Notes: a model not told the origin generated them from the sequence alone. A stretch of 35,746 nucleotides of DNA from an uncultured Pseudomonadales bacterium (GCA_964652415.1 CAZZDG010000003.1:1-35746); one strand, 5' to 3'; numbered from the stretch's first letter, positions 23,862-32,739 are shown. Made by a program: numbers and translations.

Positions 23862-25379
23862 ATGAAAAAATCCACTATCAGTATTGTAGGTCTGATTTTA
23901 GTCAGCATACTACTGATTGGTGCGACTATTTTTCAAAATATTACTACATTGAGTACTTTTTCTAATGCGTTTGTTTCACTTTCTAGTGCAAACTCAAACT
24001 CAGATAAAATTATTTTTGATCTTTCAATTGTATCTCAGTTAACAACTGTAATTGATTCTGTGGCAAAAGCAAAACTCACTACACTCTTCTTACCCAAAGA
24101 TCAAAGAGAACTTCTTGGGAATATAAAAAAAATCACTCCAGAAATACAAACTGTGTTGCATGAACTATCCGAGGGAGAACAACGCTGGATTTTACTATTC
24201 CAAAATAGCAATGAAATTCGAGCGACAGGCGGTTTTATGGGATCATATGCACTTATTGAATTAAATCAAGGTAAAATAACTCAAATAAATATTGAAGATA
24301 TATATGATGCGGATGGTCAATTTAGCGGATACTTTGATGCGCCAAGTGGCGTCTCACATTATCTAAGTGGAGGGAAAGGACTTCGTCTTCCTGACGCAAA
24401 TTGGAACCTCGATACTAAAAAAAGTGCTGAACAAATTTTACCATTTTTTGCCCTTGGAAATAAACAAAATATTAAAGGAATCATTTTTGTTAACTTAGAA
24501 TTTGCAAGAAAATTACTCTCCTTCCTTGGCCCACTTGAATTAACTGACTACAACACAATTATCACAGAAGAAAATATTGACGAAGTACTCAGATCTAGAA
24601 GAGATGATTTCTTTCCCGGAAGTATGCAAAAAAAACACATGCTTTCTTTATTGCTCACTCAAGTAAGAATCCAAATACTCAAACTTGAACCAAAACAGTT
24701 TATGTCATTACTCACTCTAACTGCAGAAGAAATTCAAAAACATAATTTACAGTTTTATTCTAACAATCCTGTGATCGATACTATTTTCTCGGGGCACAAT
24801 ATGAGACAAACAATTAACATTCCAGAAAGTTCTGAGTACATCTACCTTGTTGAATCTAACGTAGGAATAAATAAAGCAAACAAAGGAATTACCAGAGAAG
24901 TTACTATCAATAAAAAAGATGCAAATCGAACTGTCATTATTTCCTTTACAAACAAAAATAAAAAGCCAACAATTTCAAAACTAACCGCACTTACTGAACT
25001 TGAATCACCACAAACAGTTAATGCCACTGCGACAGAGTCGAACACAATTACACACCTAGCGTACATTAATTACCAAAGAATTCTCGTTCCAAAAAACTGG
25101 GAACTAACCACTGTAGAATACAAGAACAACAAGATTGCCGAAATAGACAAAGAAGTCATTACATACAATGATACGGAATTTAACCAAATAGGTTTTCTTG
25201 TTGTCTTACATGAAGAAGAACAAGCAAACCTTATAATATCGTTCACTACTCCAGAAGATTTTGACCAAATTTTCATCCAAAAACAACCTGGTTTACCTAC
25301 AACAAAGTATATTCTAGAGTATAATCAGAAGCAGTCTATTACGGAGATAGAAAAAAACTCAGTGGTTAATTACCCATAA
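23862..25379 (+). CDS. DUF4012 domain-containing extracytoplasmic protein with an N-terminal TM anchor
   Basis: 505 aa. N-terminal anchor ISIVGLILVSILLIGATIF. The motif LLFQNSNEIRATGGFMGSYALIEL matches the DUF4012 signature (recall). The start lies 3 nt after the PPIase stop. Confidence 0.72.
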   Translation: MKKSTISIVGLILVSILLIGATIFQNITTLSTFSNAFVSLSSANSNSDKIIFDLSIVSQLTTVIDSVAKAKLTTLFLPKDQRELLGNIKKITPEIQTVLHELSEGEQRWILLFQNSNEIRATGGFMGSYALIELNQGKITQINIEDIYDADGQFSGYFDAPSGVSHYLSGGKGLRLPDANWNLDTKKSAEQILPFFALGNKQNIKGIIFVNLEFARKLLSFLGPLELTDYNTIITEENIDEVLRSRRDDFFPGSMQKKHMLSLLLTQVRIQILKLEPKQFMSLLTLTAEEIQKHNLQFYSNNPVIDTIFSGHNMRQTINIPESSEYIYLVESNVGINKANKGITREVTINKKDANRTVIISFTNKNKKPTISKLTALTELESPQTVNATATESNTITHLAYINYQRILVPKNWELTTVEYKNNKIAEIDKEVITYNDTEFNQIGFLVVLHEEEQANLIISFTTPEDFDQIFIQKQPGLPTTKYILEYNQKQSITEIEKNSVVNYP

Positions 25380-25388
25380 ACATATACT

Positions 25389-26480
25389 ATGATACTTGAT
25401 AAAGATGATGCCATTATTTTAGAACAAGCTGCAGAATATCTGACTGCAGTTTCTATCACAGAAATCGAGTCTCAACTCAAAGAAAAAGAGCAACTCACAT
25501 ACGAAGCAAACTTTTGGCAATCTAGTAGTGCTCAAAAAGTAATGAAAGAAGTTTCATTGCTCAAAGAAAAAATTTCAGAATACGAAAAAACAAAACAATT
25601 CCTTGATGATATCGAAGCTTACCAAGAACTTCTTGCAGAAATTCCAGAAGAACAATCTGCAGAATTAACTCAAGAACTAAATAAAACAATTAAAAAACTA
25701 GGCAAGCTTGTAAATGAGCTCAAATTAAAACAATATTTGAGTGGCAAATATGATAGTTACTCAGCCATTCTCTCAATTCATTCTGGCCAAGGAGGAACAG
25801 AAGCTATGGATTGGGCCTCAATGCTGAAACGCATGTTTTCTAGATATTTTGAAAGAAAAGGTTGGAAATCTACAATGGTTAGCGAATCTAGGGGTGAAGA
25901 AGCTGGCATTAAGTCTTGTGAGTTTGAAATTGAAGCATCATATGCATACGGTTTCCTAAAACATGAACAAGGAACACATCGCTTAGTACGTCAAAGCCCG
26001 TTTAATGCTGACAATTTACGACAGACTTCATTTGCCCTTGTTGAAGTTTTGCCATTAATTGAGGAAAATGACGAAGATCTACCACTTGCTGATTCCGATC
26101 TTGAATGGAACTTTTCTCGAGCAGGTGGAGCTGGTGGCCAAAATGTAAACAAGGTAAATACCGCTGTTGAATTAACTCATACTCCTACCGGAATTACTGT
26201 GAGATGCCGAGAAGAAAGATCTCAAGTTCAAAATAAAGAAAGAGCACTTCAAAAATTAAAAAGTAAACTTGCTCAGATAGAAGCTCAATCTCTTTCTGCA
26301 GAACTAGCAAAAGAAAAAGGTGCTCATGTTGAAGCAAGTTGGGGCACTCAAATAAGAAATTACGTTCTACACCCATATAAACTCGTAAAAGACACTAGAA
26401 CCGGTGTTGAAACATCAGAAACAGATCGAGTACTTGACGGAGATATTGAAGAATTTATTCAAGCAGAAATAAAATTGTAA
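25389..26480 (+). CDS. prfB: peptide chain release factor 2, encoded in a single uninterrupted frame
   Basis: 363 aa. It has the SPF tripeptide (RQSPFNA) and the GGQ motif ([11 protein letters not shown]). The N-terminal region aligns with full-length RF2, with no internal in-frame stop. Confidence 0.95.
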   Translation: MILDKDDAIILEQAAEYLTAVSITEIESQLKEKEQLTYEANFWQSSSAQKVMKEVSLLKEKISEYEKTKQFLDDIEAYQELLAEIPEEQSAELTQELNKTIKKLGKLVNELKLKQYLSGKYDSYSAILSIHSGQGGTEAMDWASMLKRMFSRYFERKGWKSTMVSESRGEEAGIKSCEFEIEASYAYGFLKHEQGTHRLVRQSPFNADNLRQTSFALVEVLPLIEENDEDLPLADSDLEWNFSRAGGAGGQNVNKVNTAVELTHTPTGITVRCREERSQVQNKERALQKLKSKLAQIEAQSLSAELAKEKGAHVEASWGTQIRNYVLHPYKLVKDTRTGVETSETDRVLDGDIEEFIQAEIKL

Positions 26481-26524
26481 AAAAATGGCATTTAACATAC
26501 AAATCGGGTATACTAAAACTACGT

Positions 26525-27061
26525 ATGAAAAAAATTTCAATAATTGACGATGATTTACTCCTAGAGCATAATCAGGATTCGTCTGATACAGACACAAACA
26601 ATACAACTACTCAAGAGAAAGATGCATCTATGAATGTTGCTCCAAAAATAATGATAGCACTCACCATCGTGGCCGTTATGGCTGGTGTTGGAACTGGTTT
26701 TGGAACTTTCAGATTAACAAATAAGGGCTCTGCAGCAGAACTTACTACTGCACCAACAAATACTACAGGAGTAAAAGCTGGAGACGAGTTTGGTAGCAAA
26801 GATGAAGCTTTTGATTCACATGCAATTGGATACATTGAAGAAGGTGGGCTTGACGGTGAAGGTTCACACAAACTCCTCAGACCAGGTGGAGGTTCTCAAA
26901 CAGTGTACCTCACTTCATCTGTGACCGATCTTGACCTCTTTGTTGGTATGGAGGTTGAAGTTTGGGGCGAAACATTCAAAGGCCAAAAAGCTGGATGGTT
27001 TATGGATGTTGGCAGAATCAAAGTCGTGGCTGTTGATGCAGAATCACCTGCCGAAGAGTAG
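26525..27061 (+). CDS. hypothetical single-pass membrane protein
   Basis: 178 aa. It has an acidic/T-rich N-terminus, the TM segment IMIALTIVAVMAGVGTGFGTF, and a C-terminal beta-rich segment (VYLTSSVTDLDLFVGMEVEVWGETFKGQKAGWFMDVGRIKVV). No family is recognised. Confidence 0.55.
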   Translation: MKKISIIDDDLLLEHNQDSSDTDTNNTTTQEKDASMNVAPKIMIALTIVAVMAGVGTGFGTFRLTNKGSAAELTTAPTNTTGVKAGDEFGSKDEAFDSHAIGYIEEGGLDGEGSHKLLRPGGGSQTVYLTSSVTDLDLFVGMEVEVWGETFKGQKAGWFMDVGRIKVVAVDAESPAEE

Positions 27062-27110
27062 TTTTGATCTTGCTTTTATACCCAGTTTCAGTCTAAACTA
27101 AACAAGAGTT

Positions 27111-28049
27111 ATGATCGTATTTTCTTCTGTCAGCAAACAGTTTTTACCAGATACCTATGCACTCAAGGACATTTCATTCGAAATTAGTCCTGGCGAGTTG
27201 GTTTTGCTAACTGGTCCTTCAGGAGCAGGCAAATCAACTTTGATGAAATTACTCACAAAAGAATACGATCCAACCTCCGGCAAAATTCTTTTTCATGGCA
27301 CCAACCTTAAAGATATTCGTGACTCCAAAATCCATGAACACAGACGTAAAATAGGTGTTGTTTTTCAAGAAGATAACCTAATACCAGAACTCAATGTTTG
27401 GGAAAATATTGCTTTGCCACTCTCAATTATTGGGAAAGACGAAGCCGAAATTGAAGAACGAATCACTGACTTACTAGAACTTGTATCACTCACTGATAAA
27501 GCTCTGCACTTTCCTAAACAACTATCAGGAGGAGAAGCTCAAAGAATTGGTATTGCCCGGGCTCTCTCTACTGCTCCATCAATCATTTTTGCTGATGAAC
27601 CAACAGGAAACCTCGACCAAGAAAATTCAATACAAATAGCAAAATTACTCACCAAAATTAATGAGCTTGGCACCACCGTTTTATTTTCAACTCACGATCA
27701 TGATGTCATTGGCCAACTCAGCGCTCACCGCCATATAGTACTCACTGATGGAGCCATAATAAGTGATACTGCAGATAAAACTAAAGATAAAAAAGTAGCA
27801 ACACAACCTAGTATTGATACCAAACCTCAGTCAAATAAAGAAGAAAAGAAGCAAGGATTTTTTTCAAGCCTATTTAATAAAACAAACGCAAGCGAAAAGG
27901 TACGTGTGTCAGATTTAAAGGATGAAGATAGACAACTCGAACTAGAATTAGAACCAAAAGAAAAAATAGATACCGAGATTGAAAACGTCAAAGAAGATAA
28001 AAAAGAAGACTCAAGCAAAAAAAAGCAAAGTAAACAAAAAAAGAAATAA
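27111..28049 (+). CDS. ftsE: cell-division ABC ATPase FtsE with a ~90-aa Lys/Glu-rich C-terminal extension
   Basis: 312 aa. Motifs: GPSGAGKST (Walker A), LSGGEAQRIGIARAL (signature), IIFADEPTGNLD (Walker B) and STHD (H-loop). The canonical domain ends near residue 218. Confidence 0.9.
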   Translation: MIVFSSVSKQFLPDTYALKDISFEISPGELVLLTGPSGAGKSTLMKLLTKEYDPTSGKILFHGTNLKDIRDSKIHEHRRKIGVVFQEDNLIPELNVWENIALPLSIIGKDEAEIEERITDLLELVSLTDKALHFPKQLSGGEAQRIGIARALSTAPSIIFADEPTGNLDQENSIQIAKLLTKINELGTTVLFSTHDHDVIGQLSAHRHIVLTDGAIISDTADKTKDKKVATQPSIDTKPQSNKEEKKQGFFSSLFNKTNASEKVRVSDLKDEDRQLELELEPKEKIDTEIENVKEDKKEDSSKKKQSKQKKK

Positions 28050-28918
28050 TGAACTCATTTACTACTGCCCTCACTACAATTAGAAGATCTCCCTACCAAG
28101 CTCTTACCTCTATTCTCATGGTAGCAACCACTTTTTTTGTTGCCTATGTTTTTTCTATTTTTATGATTGGCTCCAAAATTGTTTTAGAACATTTCGAAAC
28201 ACAACCACAGATTCTCGCTTTTTTCGTACTCGAAACCAAACCAGAAATTATAGAATCAGTCGCAAAAACAATGGAAGAAAGGCCATATGTTTCTTCTGTA
28301 GAAATTATTTCACAAGAAGAAGCTCTCAAGTTATACCAAAAAGATAATAGTGATGACCCATTACTTTTAGAATTAGTCACTGCAGATATCTTACCAGCAA
28401 GTGTTGAGGTTTCTGGAATCGACATTGATTCATTAGCCTTGATTAAAAAAGACTTAGAAAGCTTTAGTCAAATTGAAGATATCGAATATCAAGAAGATGT
28501 TATCTCAACCTTATCTAGTTGGATCACAACTATCGAACTTGTTGGAGTAGGCACTACGGTTGTATTGGGCACCATATCATTTTTGATTATCATGGTAATT
28601 ATTGCTATGAAAGCAAATGTGCAAAAGAAAAAAATTGCAATAATGCGGATGCTAGGTGCTACCAAGTGGTATATTAAGGCACCATATATGTACGAAGGCA
28701 TTATTTATGGACTAATCGGAGCACTCCTGGGTTGGCTTGCTATGTTTGCAACACTTCTCTATCTAACTCCTTCAATAAATAGTATGCTTGGAGATATTTC
28801 GCTCCTACCTGCCCCAATAGAATTTTATGTACTACATGCGGCAGGTGGTGGTGTGTTAGGAATGTTTCTTGGCGCTTTTGCAAGCATATTTGCTATCCAA
28901 CGATTCATTAAAAATTAA
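28049..28918 (+). CDS. ftsX: cell-division permease-like protein FtsX
   Basis: 289 aa. The ATG overlaps the ftsE TAA (TAATG). It has TM1, an extracytoplasmic domain (VSSVEIISQEEALKLYQKD), then three C-terminal TM segments of the FtsX/MacB type. Confidence 0.85.
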   Translation: MNSFTTALTTIRRSPYQALTSILMVATTFFVAYVFSIFMIGSKIVLEHFETQPQILAFFVLETKPEIIESVAKTMEERPYVSSVEIISQEEALKLYQKDNSDDPLLLELVTADILPASVEVSGIDIDSLALIKKDLESFSQIEDIEYQEDVISTLSSWITTIELVGVGTTVVLGTISFLIIMVIIAMKANVQKKKIAIMRMLGATKWYIKAPYMYEGIIYGLIGALLGWLAMFATLLYLTPSINSMLGDISLLPAPIEFYVLHAAGGGVLGMFLGAFASIFAIQRFIKN

Positions 28919-28924
28919 GTTACA

Positions 28925-30184
28925 ATGAGTAAAATCATGCAAAAAATTAGAGTAGCACTAATAGCTTTATTTTTGTTCTTACTTGTATCTGTAGAAAACA
29001 GTTTTGCAAGAAATTGTGAGGCCGATTTTTCATGTAATGAAGCTGATGATACATATTCAACTTGCTTAGAAAATAAAAAAGCATGTTTGGAAGAAGTTTT
29101 AGCAGAAACAAGGGCCAAAAAAAACACTTTAGAAAATGCTATTAGCATCATAAATGGTAACGTGAATATCCAACAGGTAAAAATTTCACAAACAAAGAAT
29201 GAAATAGCAATTCTTGAGAGAGAAATCACAGATCTAGACAACAGAATTTCAGGATTAAGTATTTCTCTCGATAGGCTCTCTACTTTATTAGTTGAAAGGA
29301 TTCGGAGCCAATATAAACGTGAACAAGTAAATCCACTTTCAGTTTTTGCTTCTACAAGATCGTTGGCAGAATTTATGTCACAGTATCGATATCTGCGCTT
29401 AGCCGGCAAGCAAACTGCTCAAGCTATGCAAAAGGCAGAAAACCAAAGAACTGTATATGATGAACAAAAAGAACTGAAAGAAATAAAACAAGAAGAAATA
29501 GAAACGAAAAAAAATAAACTACAACAAATTCAAAATGAACTCGTTGGACAACGCAAAGAGCAACAAAACTTACTCTCAGTAACAAAAAATGATGAGCAAA
29601 AATTTCAACAACTCCTAAAAGAAGCACAAGAACAAATTAATTCTATTCGTAGATACGCAGTAAGTAAGGGTGGTTCTTCTATTCTTTCAGGAAAAACAAG
29701 TTGCGATGACTGGGGCTGTTACTATAATCAAAGAGATAGCGCTTGGGGTAACCAACTTATCGGTAGAAGTAACGAAAATATGGCTGAGGTTGGCTGTTTA
29801 ATCACAGCAGTAGCAATGATAACCTCACATTATGGAAAAACACTCACGCCTGCTCAAATTGCGGGAAGTTCAAACCCATTCTTCTACAATACAGCTGACA
29901 TGCTTTGGACTTGGTCTGGTCAAGTAAACGGAGTAACAGCGACACGGTCTAGGGTTGGCTATAATGTCGCAGCTCTGGATGCAGAACTTGCTACAGGCCG
30001 TCCCGCTATAGTAAGAATCACAGCAGGAAATAGTGTAGGAACTCACTTTGTTGTTATTACCAAAAAAGAAGACGGCAAATATATCATGAAAGATCCATAT
30101 GAATCTGATGGAAACAATATACCTTTCACTGATAAACACTCATTATCTCAAATAACTGCAGTCGATAGAGTTACTGTTCAATAA
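28925..30184 (+). CDS. secreted coiled-coil protein with a C-terminal papain-like cysteine peptidase domain (Peptidase_C39_2-like); putative FtsEX-controlled cell-wall hydrolase
   Basis: 419 aa. It has a signal/anchor segment (ALIALFLFLLVSV). Residues ~55-245 are heptad-rich (EIAILEREITDLDNRISGL; KELKEIKQEEIETKKNKLQQIQNEL). The C-terminal domain reads YYNQRDSAWGNQLIG ... AEVGCLITAVAMITSHYG ... GTHFVVITKKEDGKYIMKDP, giving candidate Cys291/His374/Asp390. The start lies 6 nt after the ftsX stop. Confidence 0.75.
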   Translation: MSKIMQKIRVALIALFLFLLVSVENSFARNCEADFSCNEADDTYSTCLENKKACLEEVLAETRAKKNTLENAISIINGNVNIQQVKISQTKNEIAILEREITDLDNRISGLSISLDRLSTLLVERIRSQYKREQVNPLSVFASTRSLAEFMSQYRYLRLAGKQTAQAMQKAENQRTVYDEQKELKEIKQEEIETKKNKLQQIQNELVGQRKEQQNLLSVTKNDEQKFQQLLKEAQEQINSIRRYAVSKGGSSILSGKTSCDDWGCYYNQRDSAWGNQLIGRSNENMAEVGCLITAVAMITSHYGKTLTPAQIAGSSNPFFYNTADMLWTWSGQVNGVTATRSRVGYNVAALDAELATGRPAIVRITAGNSVGTHFVVITKKEDGKYIMKDPYESDGNNIPFTDKHSLSQITAVDRVTVQ

Positions 30185-30222
30185 TTTTTTTCCTCCTTCA
30201 CACGCTACACTTAATGTAAGAC

Positions 30223-31059
30223 TTGCCAAATATAATCGATATTGTGAAAACACTCATTTTCGCAACCCTACTCTTTTTTTTGTTTGCCACTCCAGCTAAT
30301 GCGCAAGTGGTACTTTCTGAAGTGTATCCTGCCCCCACTTCAGAAGAAAAAGAATGGGTAGAACTATTCAACACTTCTGCAGAAATTGTAGACATTTCTG
30401 GTTGGAAATTGTTTGAACATTTTTCTAGTAAAAATGAGTTAACAACATTCACAAATCTGCAAATTGAACCCTATGGTTTTATTGTCTTTGAGCTTCCAAC
30501 AAATAAACTCAACAACTCTGAAGAAAAAATTACACTAGAAAATAGTACTACAACAGAAGTGAGCGAAATTCACTATACAAATAGCGAGTCACAGAAAAGC
30601 TTCAGTTTTTTATTTCTCTCTGAAAATGAAATAGGGCAAACCTTACAACTCGGAATATCAACTAAGAATGCTATAAATCAACTCGAACCAATAATAACCC
30701 CTCAACCTACTTCTGCACCAGAACCATCAAAAACACCTCTTCCACAAACAGAAATTGCTCAGATAACTCAACAAGAAAATACAACGGCAACTACAAAACC
30801 TATACCACCCCCTATCAACTTACCAGTACCTCTTTCAGACAAAACAACTACTACTCCCATTAAAAACCAAAAATTGGAACAATTCCGTGCTATCAGTACC
30901 CTACTCAAACTACCAAAATTGGGTAAAACTGAAAAAGAAGGGTTGGAAAAACGACTACCCCAACTATCGTATTTAGTTCAAAAAAAAGTCTCAAAAGTTG
31001 GTGTAATTAGTGCTATAATTGGAGGGTCAGTACTACTATTCATTGGATTTCTATTGTGA
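30223..31059 (+). CDS. lamin-tail-domain (LTD) surface protein with a Pro/Thr-rich linker and C-terminal TM anchor
   Basis: 278 aa. It has a signal peptide ending PANA/QV. VVLSEVYPAPTSEEKEWVELFNTSAEIVDISGWKL is the LTD signature. It then has a P/T/Q-rich linker and the C-terminal anchor VGVISAIIGGSVLLFIGFLL. The start could be TTG 30223 or GTG 30244. Confidence 0.72.
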   Translation: MPNIIDIVKTLIFATLLFFLFATPANAQVVLSEVYPAPTSEEKEWVELFNTSAEIVDISGWKLFEHFSSKNELTTFTNLQIEPYGFIVFELPTNKLNNSEEKITLENSTTTEVSEIHYTNSESQKSFSFLFLSENEIGQTLQLGISTKNAINQLEPIITPQPTSAPEPSKTPLPQTEIAQITQQENTTATTKPIPPPINLPVPLSDKTTTTPIKNQKLEQFRAISTLLKLPKLGKTEKEGLEKRLPQLSYLVQKKVSKVGVISAIIGGSVLLFIGFLL

Positions 31060-31448
31060 GTATTTTTAAAAATGGTGTATCATTTAAAAAAGTTTTAATT
31101 GCATATTTACCCCCAACAATGTGGGCAGCACTTATCTTTATTTTTTCTTCACAATCTATACTTCCGGGATTTGAAGAATCGGCTCTCAATTTTATTTTTA
31201 AAAAACTTGCACACATTTCAGTCTACCTCGTCTTATACCTTTTAGTTGTCCATGCTGTCATTAGTACAATTTCTGAAAAGAGATCAAAAACAGTTATATT
31301 GCTACCAATTTGCATTTGTCTTATGTATGCAGTTAGCGACGAATTTCATCAATCACTCGTGCCTGGAAGATACGCAACTTTAAGAGACATAGGTTATGAC
31401 TCACTTGGCATTGGCATTGCTTTTCTAAAAAAATACGGGTATATATAG
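31056..31448 (+). CDS. VanZ-like family membrane protein
   Basis: 130 aa. The GTG start overlaps the upstream TGA (GTGA). Four hydrophobic segments. KKLAHISVYLVLY and SDEFHQSLVPGRYATLRDIGYDSLG match the VanZ signature. Confidence 0.78.
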   Translation: MSIFKNGVSFKKVLIAYLPPTMWAALIFIFSSQSILPGFEESALNFIFKKLAHISVYLVLYLLVVHAVISTISEKRSKTVILLPICICLMYAVSDEFHQSLVPGRYATLRDIGYDSLGIGIAFLKKYGYI

Positions 31449-31461
31449 CCAAAAATGAAGG

Positions 31462-31489
31462 TTGACACACTTTTAAAATAGTTGATAAT
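31462..31489 (+). promoter_or_regulatory. candidate sigma-70 type promoter for the HU gene
   Basis: TTGACA (31462-31467), a 16-nt spacer, then GATAAT (31484-31489). GAAAGG lies 5 nt upstream of ATG 31577. Confidence 0.5.
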
Positions 31490-31576
31490 AGTTCATCTCA
31501 GGTACTTGTAAAAGTGCTATAAAATGATCATTAAGTAGTAGCAAATAGTGGCAACACAAATTTAGAAAGGTCATAC

Positions 31577-31852
31577 ATGACAAAATCACAACTGATCGCA
31601 ATAATCGCAAAAAAAGCACACCTAACCAAAAAAGCATCTAACGACGCAGTCGAAAGTATGTTCGATGAGATTAATAGAGCTCTTAAAAAAGGCGAAAAAG
31701 TCGTAATTTCTGGATTCGGAACTTTTTATGTCAGCAAAGTTGGTGATAAGCAAGTTGTCCCATTTGGCAACGAACAAAAACGTCAAACCATCAAAGGTCA
31801 TAAAGTTGTCAACTTCAGAGTTGGCAAGCCTCTTAAAAAAGAAGTTTGGTAA
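31577..31852 (+). CDS. hup: HU-family nucleoid-associated DNA-binding protein
   Basis: 91 aa. MTKSQLIAIIAKKAHLTKKASNDAVESMFDEI ... ISGFGTFYV ... VNFRVGKPLK is the canonical HU/IHF fold signature. Confidence 0.93.
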   Translation: MTKSQLIAIIAKKAHLTKKASNDAVESMFDEINRALKKGEKVVISGFGTFYVSKVGDKQVVPFGNEQKRQTIKGHKVVNFRVGKPLKKEVW

Positions 31853-31871
31853 AATCTTTTTTGAAAACTGT

Positions 31872-31913
31872 AAAACCTCGGTTCCTAAAAATCAAAACGA
31901 ACCGAGGTTTTTT
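31872..31913 (+). terminator. rho-independent terminator of the HU gene
   Basis: The 13-bp stem AAAACCTCGGTTC (31872-31884) pairs with GAACCGAGGTTTT (31899-31911) around a 14-nt loop. The T-run extends to 31913. Confidence 0.8.
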
Positions 31914-31938
31914 AATACCTTAGTGCTAAAATAGAAAA

Positions 31939-32739
31939 GTGTTTAAGAAATATTATTCTATCTTCCGCTACATGTTTACTCGCACCCTTCAATTTAGAGC
32001 AGAGATTGTAGTGTATAGTTTTCTTGATGTCTTACCATACTTTGTATTGTTTTATGTTTGGAAAGCTATATATACACAAGTTGACACTCTCAATTCTTTC
32101 TCCTTCAACCAAATCGTCAACTACTATCTTCTAGTAATCGTTGTTGAACGTTTGAGCGCCACCCACTTTGAAAGTTGGCGAAGCGAAGAAATTAGGATGG
32201 GTAAAATCGACTACTTTCTCACCAGACCTTTTTCATATATCAGCGAAATCTATTCTAAAGAAGTAAGCTCAAAACTTATTAGTATATTGTTCTCTATCCC
32301 AATCGTTTCATTATTCATTGTTGCGAATATATCAGCATATAATATTGATCAATCATACCTAACACTCCAAAATCTAGTTATTTTTCTTGTTTTGATGTTG
32401 GTAGCACATACTATTCAATTTTTTATCGCGCTCTGGATAGTTCTTATCACTTTCTGGGTAGAAGGCTCAAGTGGATTAGAACACTTTAAATGGATTGTTT
32501 TAACTCTCTTTAGCGGTGCAATGATACCAGTTGAGTTTATGCCTAATTGGCTTGCAAGTATAACTAATATCCTTCCTTTTAAATATGTTTTCTCAGTTCC
32601 CATTACTGTCTTGCAGGGCAAATATTCTCTCACAAACTACGATCTTACCTACTTAGTCATTCTTTTATTTGCTATGGGCATCTTCTCAACTTACTTGTGG
32701 TCAAAAGCAAAATATAAATACTGTTCAGCAGGTGGCTAA
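31939..32739 (+). CDS. ABC-2 type transporter permease (ABC2_membrane_6 / DUF990-like), pair 1 subunit A
   Basis: 266 aa with a GTG start and about 6 TM segments. N-terminal TRTLQFRAEIVVYSFLDVLPYFVLFYVW and the C-terminal ...YKYCSAGG tail are characteristic of this permease family (recall). Confidence 0.72.
   Translation: MFKKYYSIFRYMFTRTLQFRAEIVVYSFLDVLPYFVLFYVWKAIYTQVDTLNSFSFNQIVNYYLLVIVVERLSATHFESWRSEEIRMGKIDYFLTRPFSYISEIYSKEVSSKLISILFSIPIVSLFIVANISAYNIDQSYLTLQNLVIFLVLMLVAHTIQFFIALWIVLITFWVEGSSGLEHFKWIVLTLFSGAMIPVEFMPNWLASITNILPFKYVFSVPITVLQGKYSLTNYDLTYLVILLFAMGIFSTYLWSKAKYKYCSAGG

Noticed and set aside
25389-25480. A programmed +1 frameshift site in prfB
   Set aside because: I looked for an early in-frame TGA with a CTT-TGA-type context and found none. 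The single frame encodes a full-length RF2 N-terminus.
28915-29409. A 164-aa minus-strand ORF overlapping the start of the coiled-coil hydrolase gene
   Set aside because: The plus-strand gene has a signal peptide, a coherent domain architecture and operon coupling to ftsX. The antisense ORF has no recognisable features.
31728-31934. A 68-aa plus-strand ORF overlapping the 3' half of the HU gene
   Set aside because: It is out of frame within a securely identified gene and runs straight through the strong terminator hairpin. It is a chance ORF.
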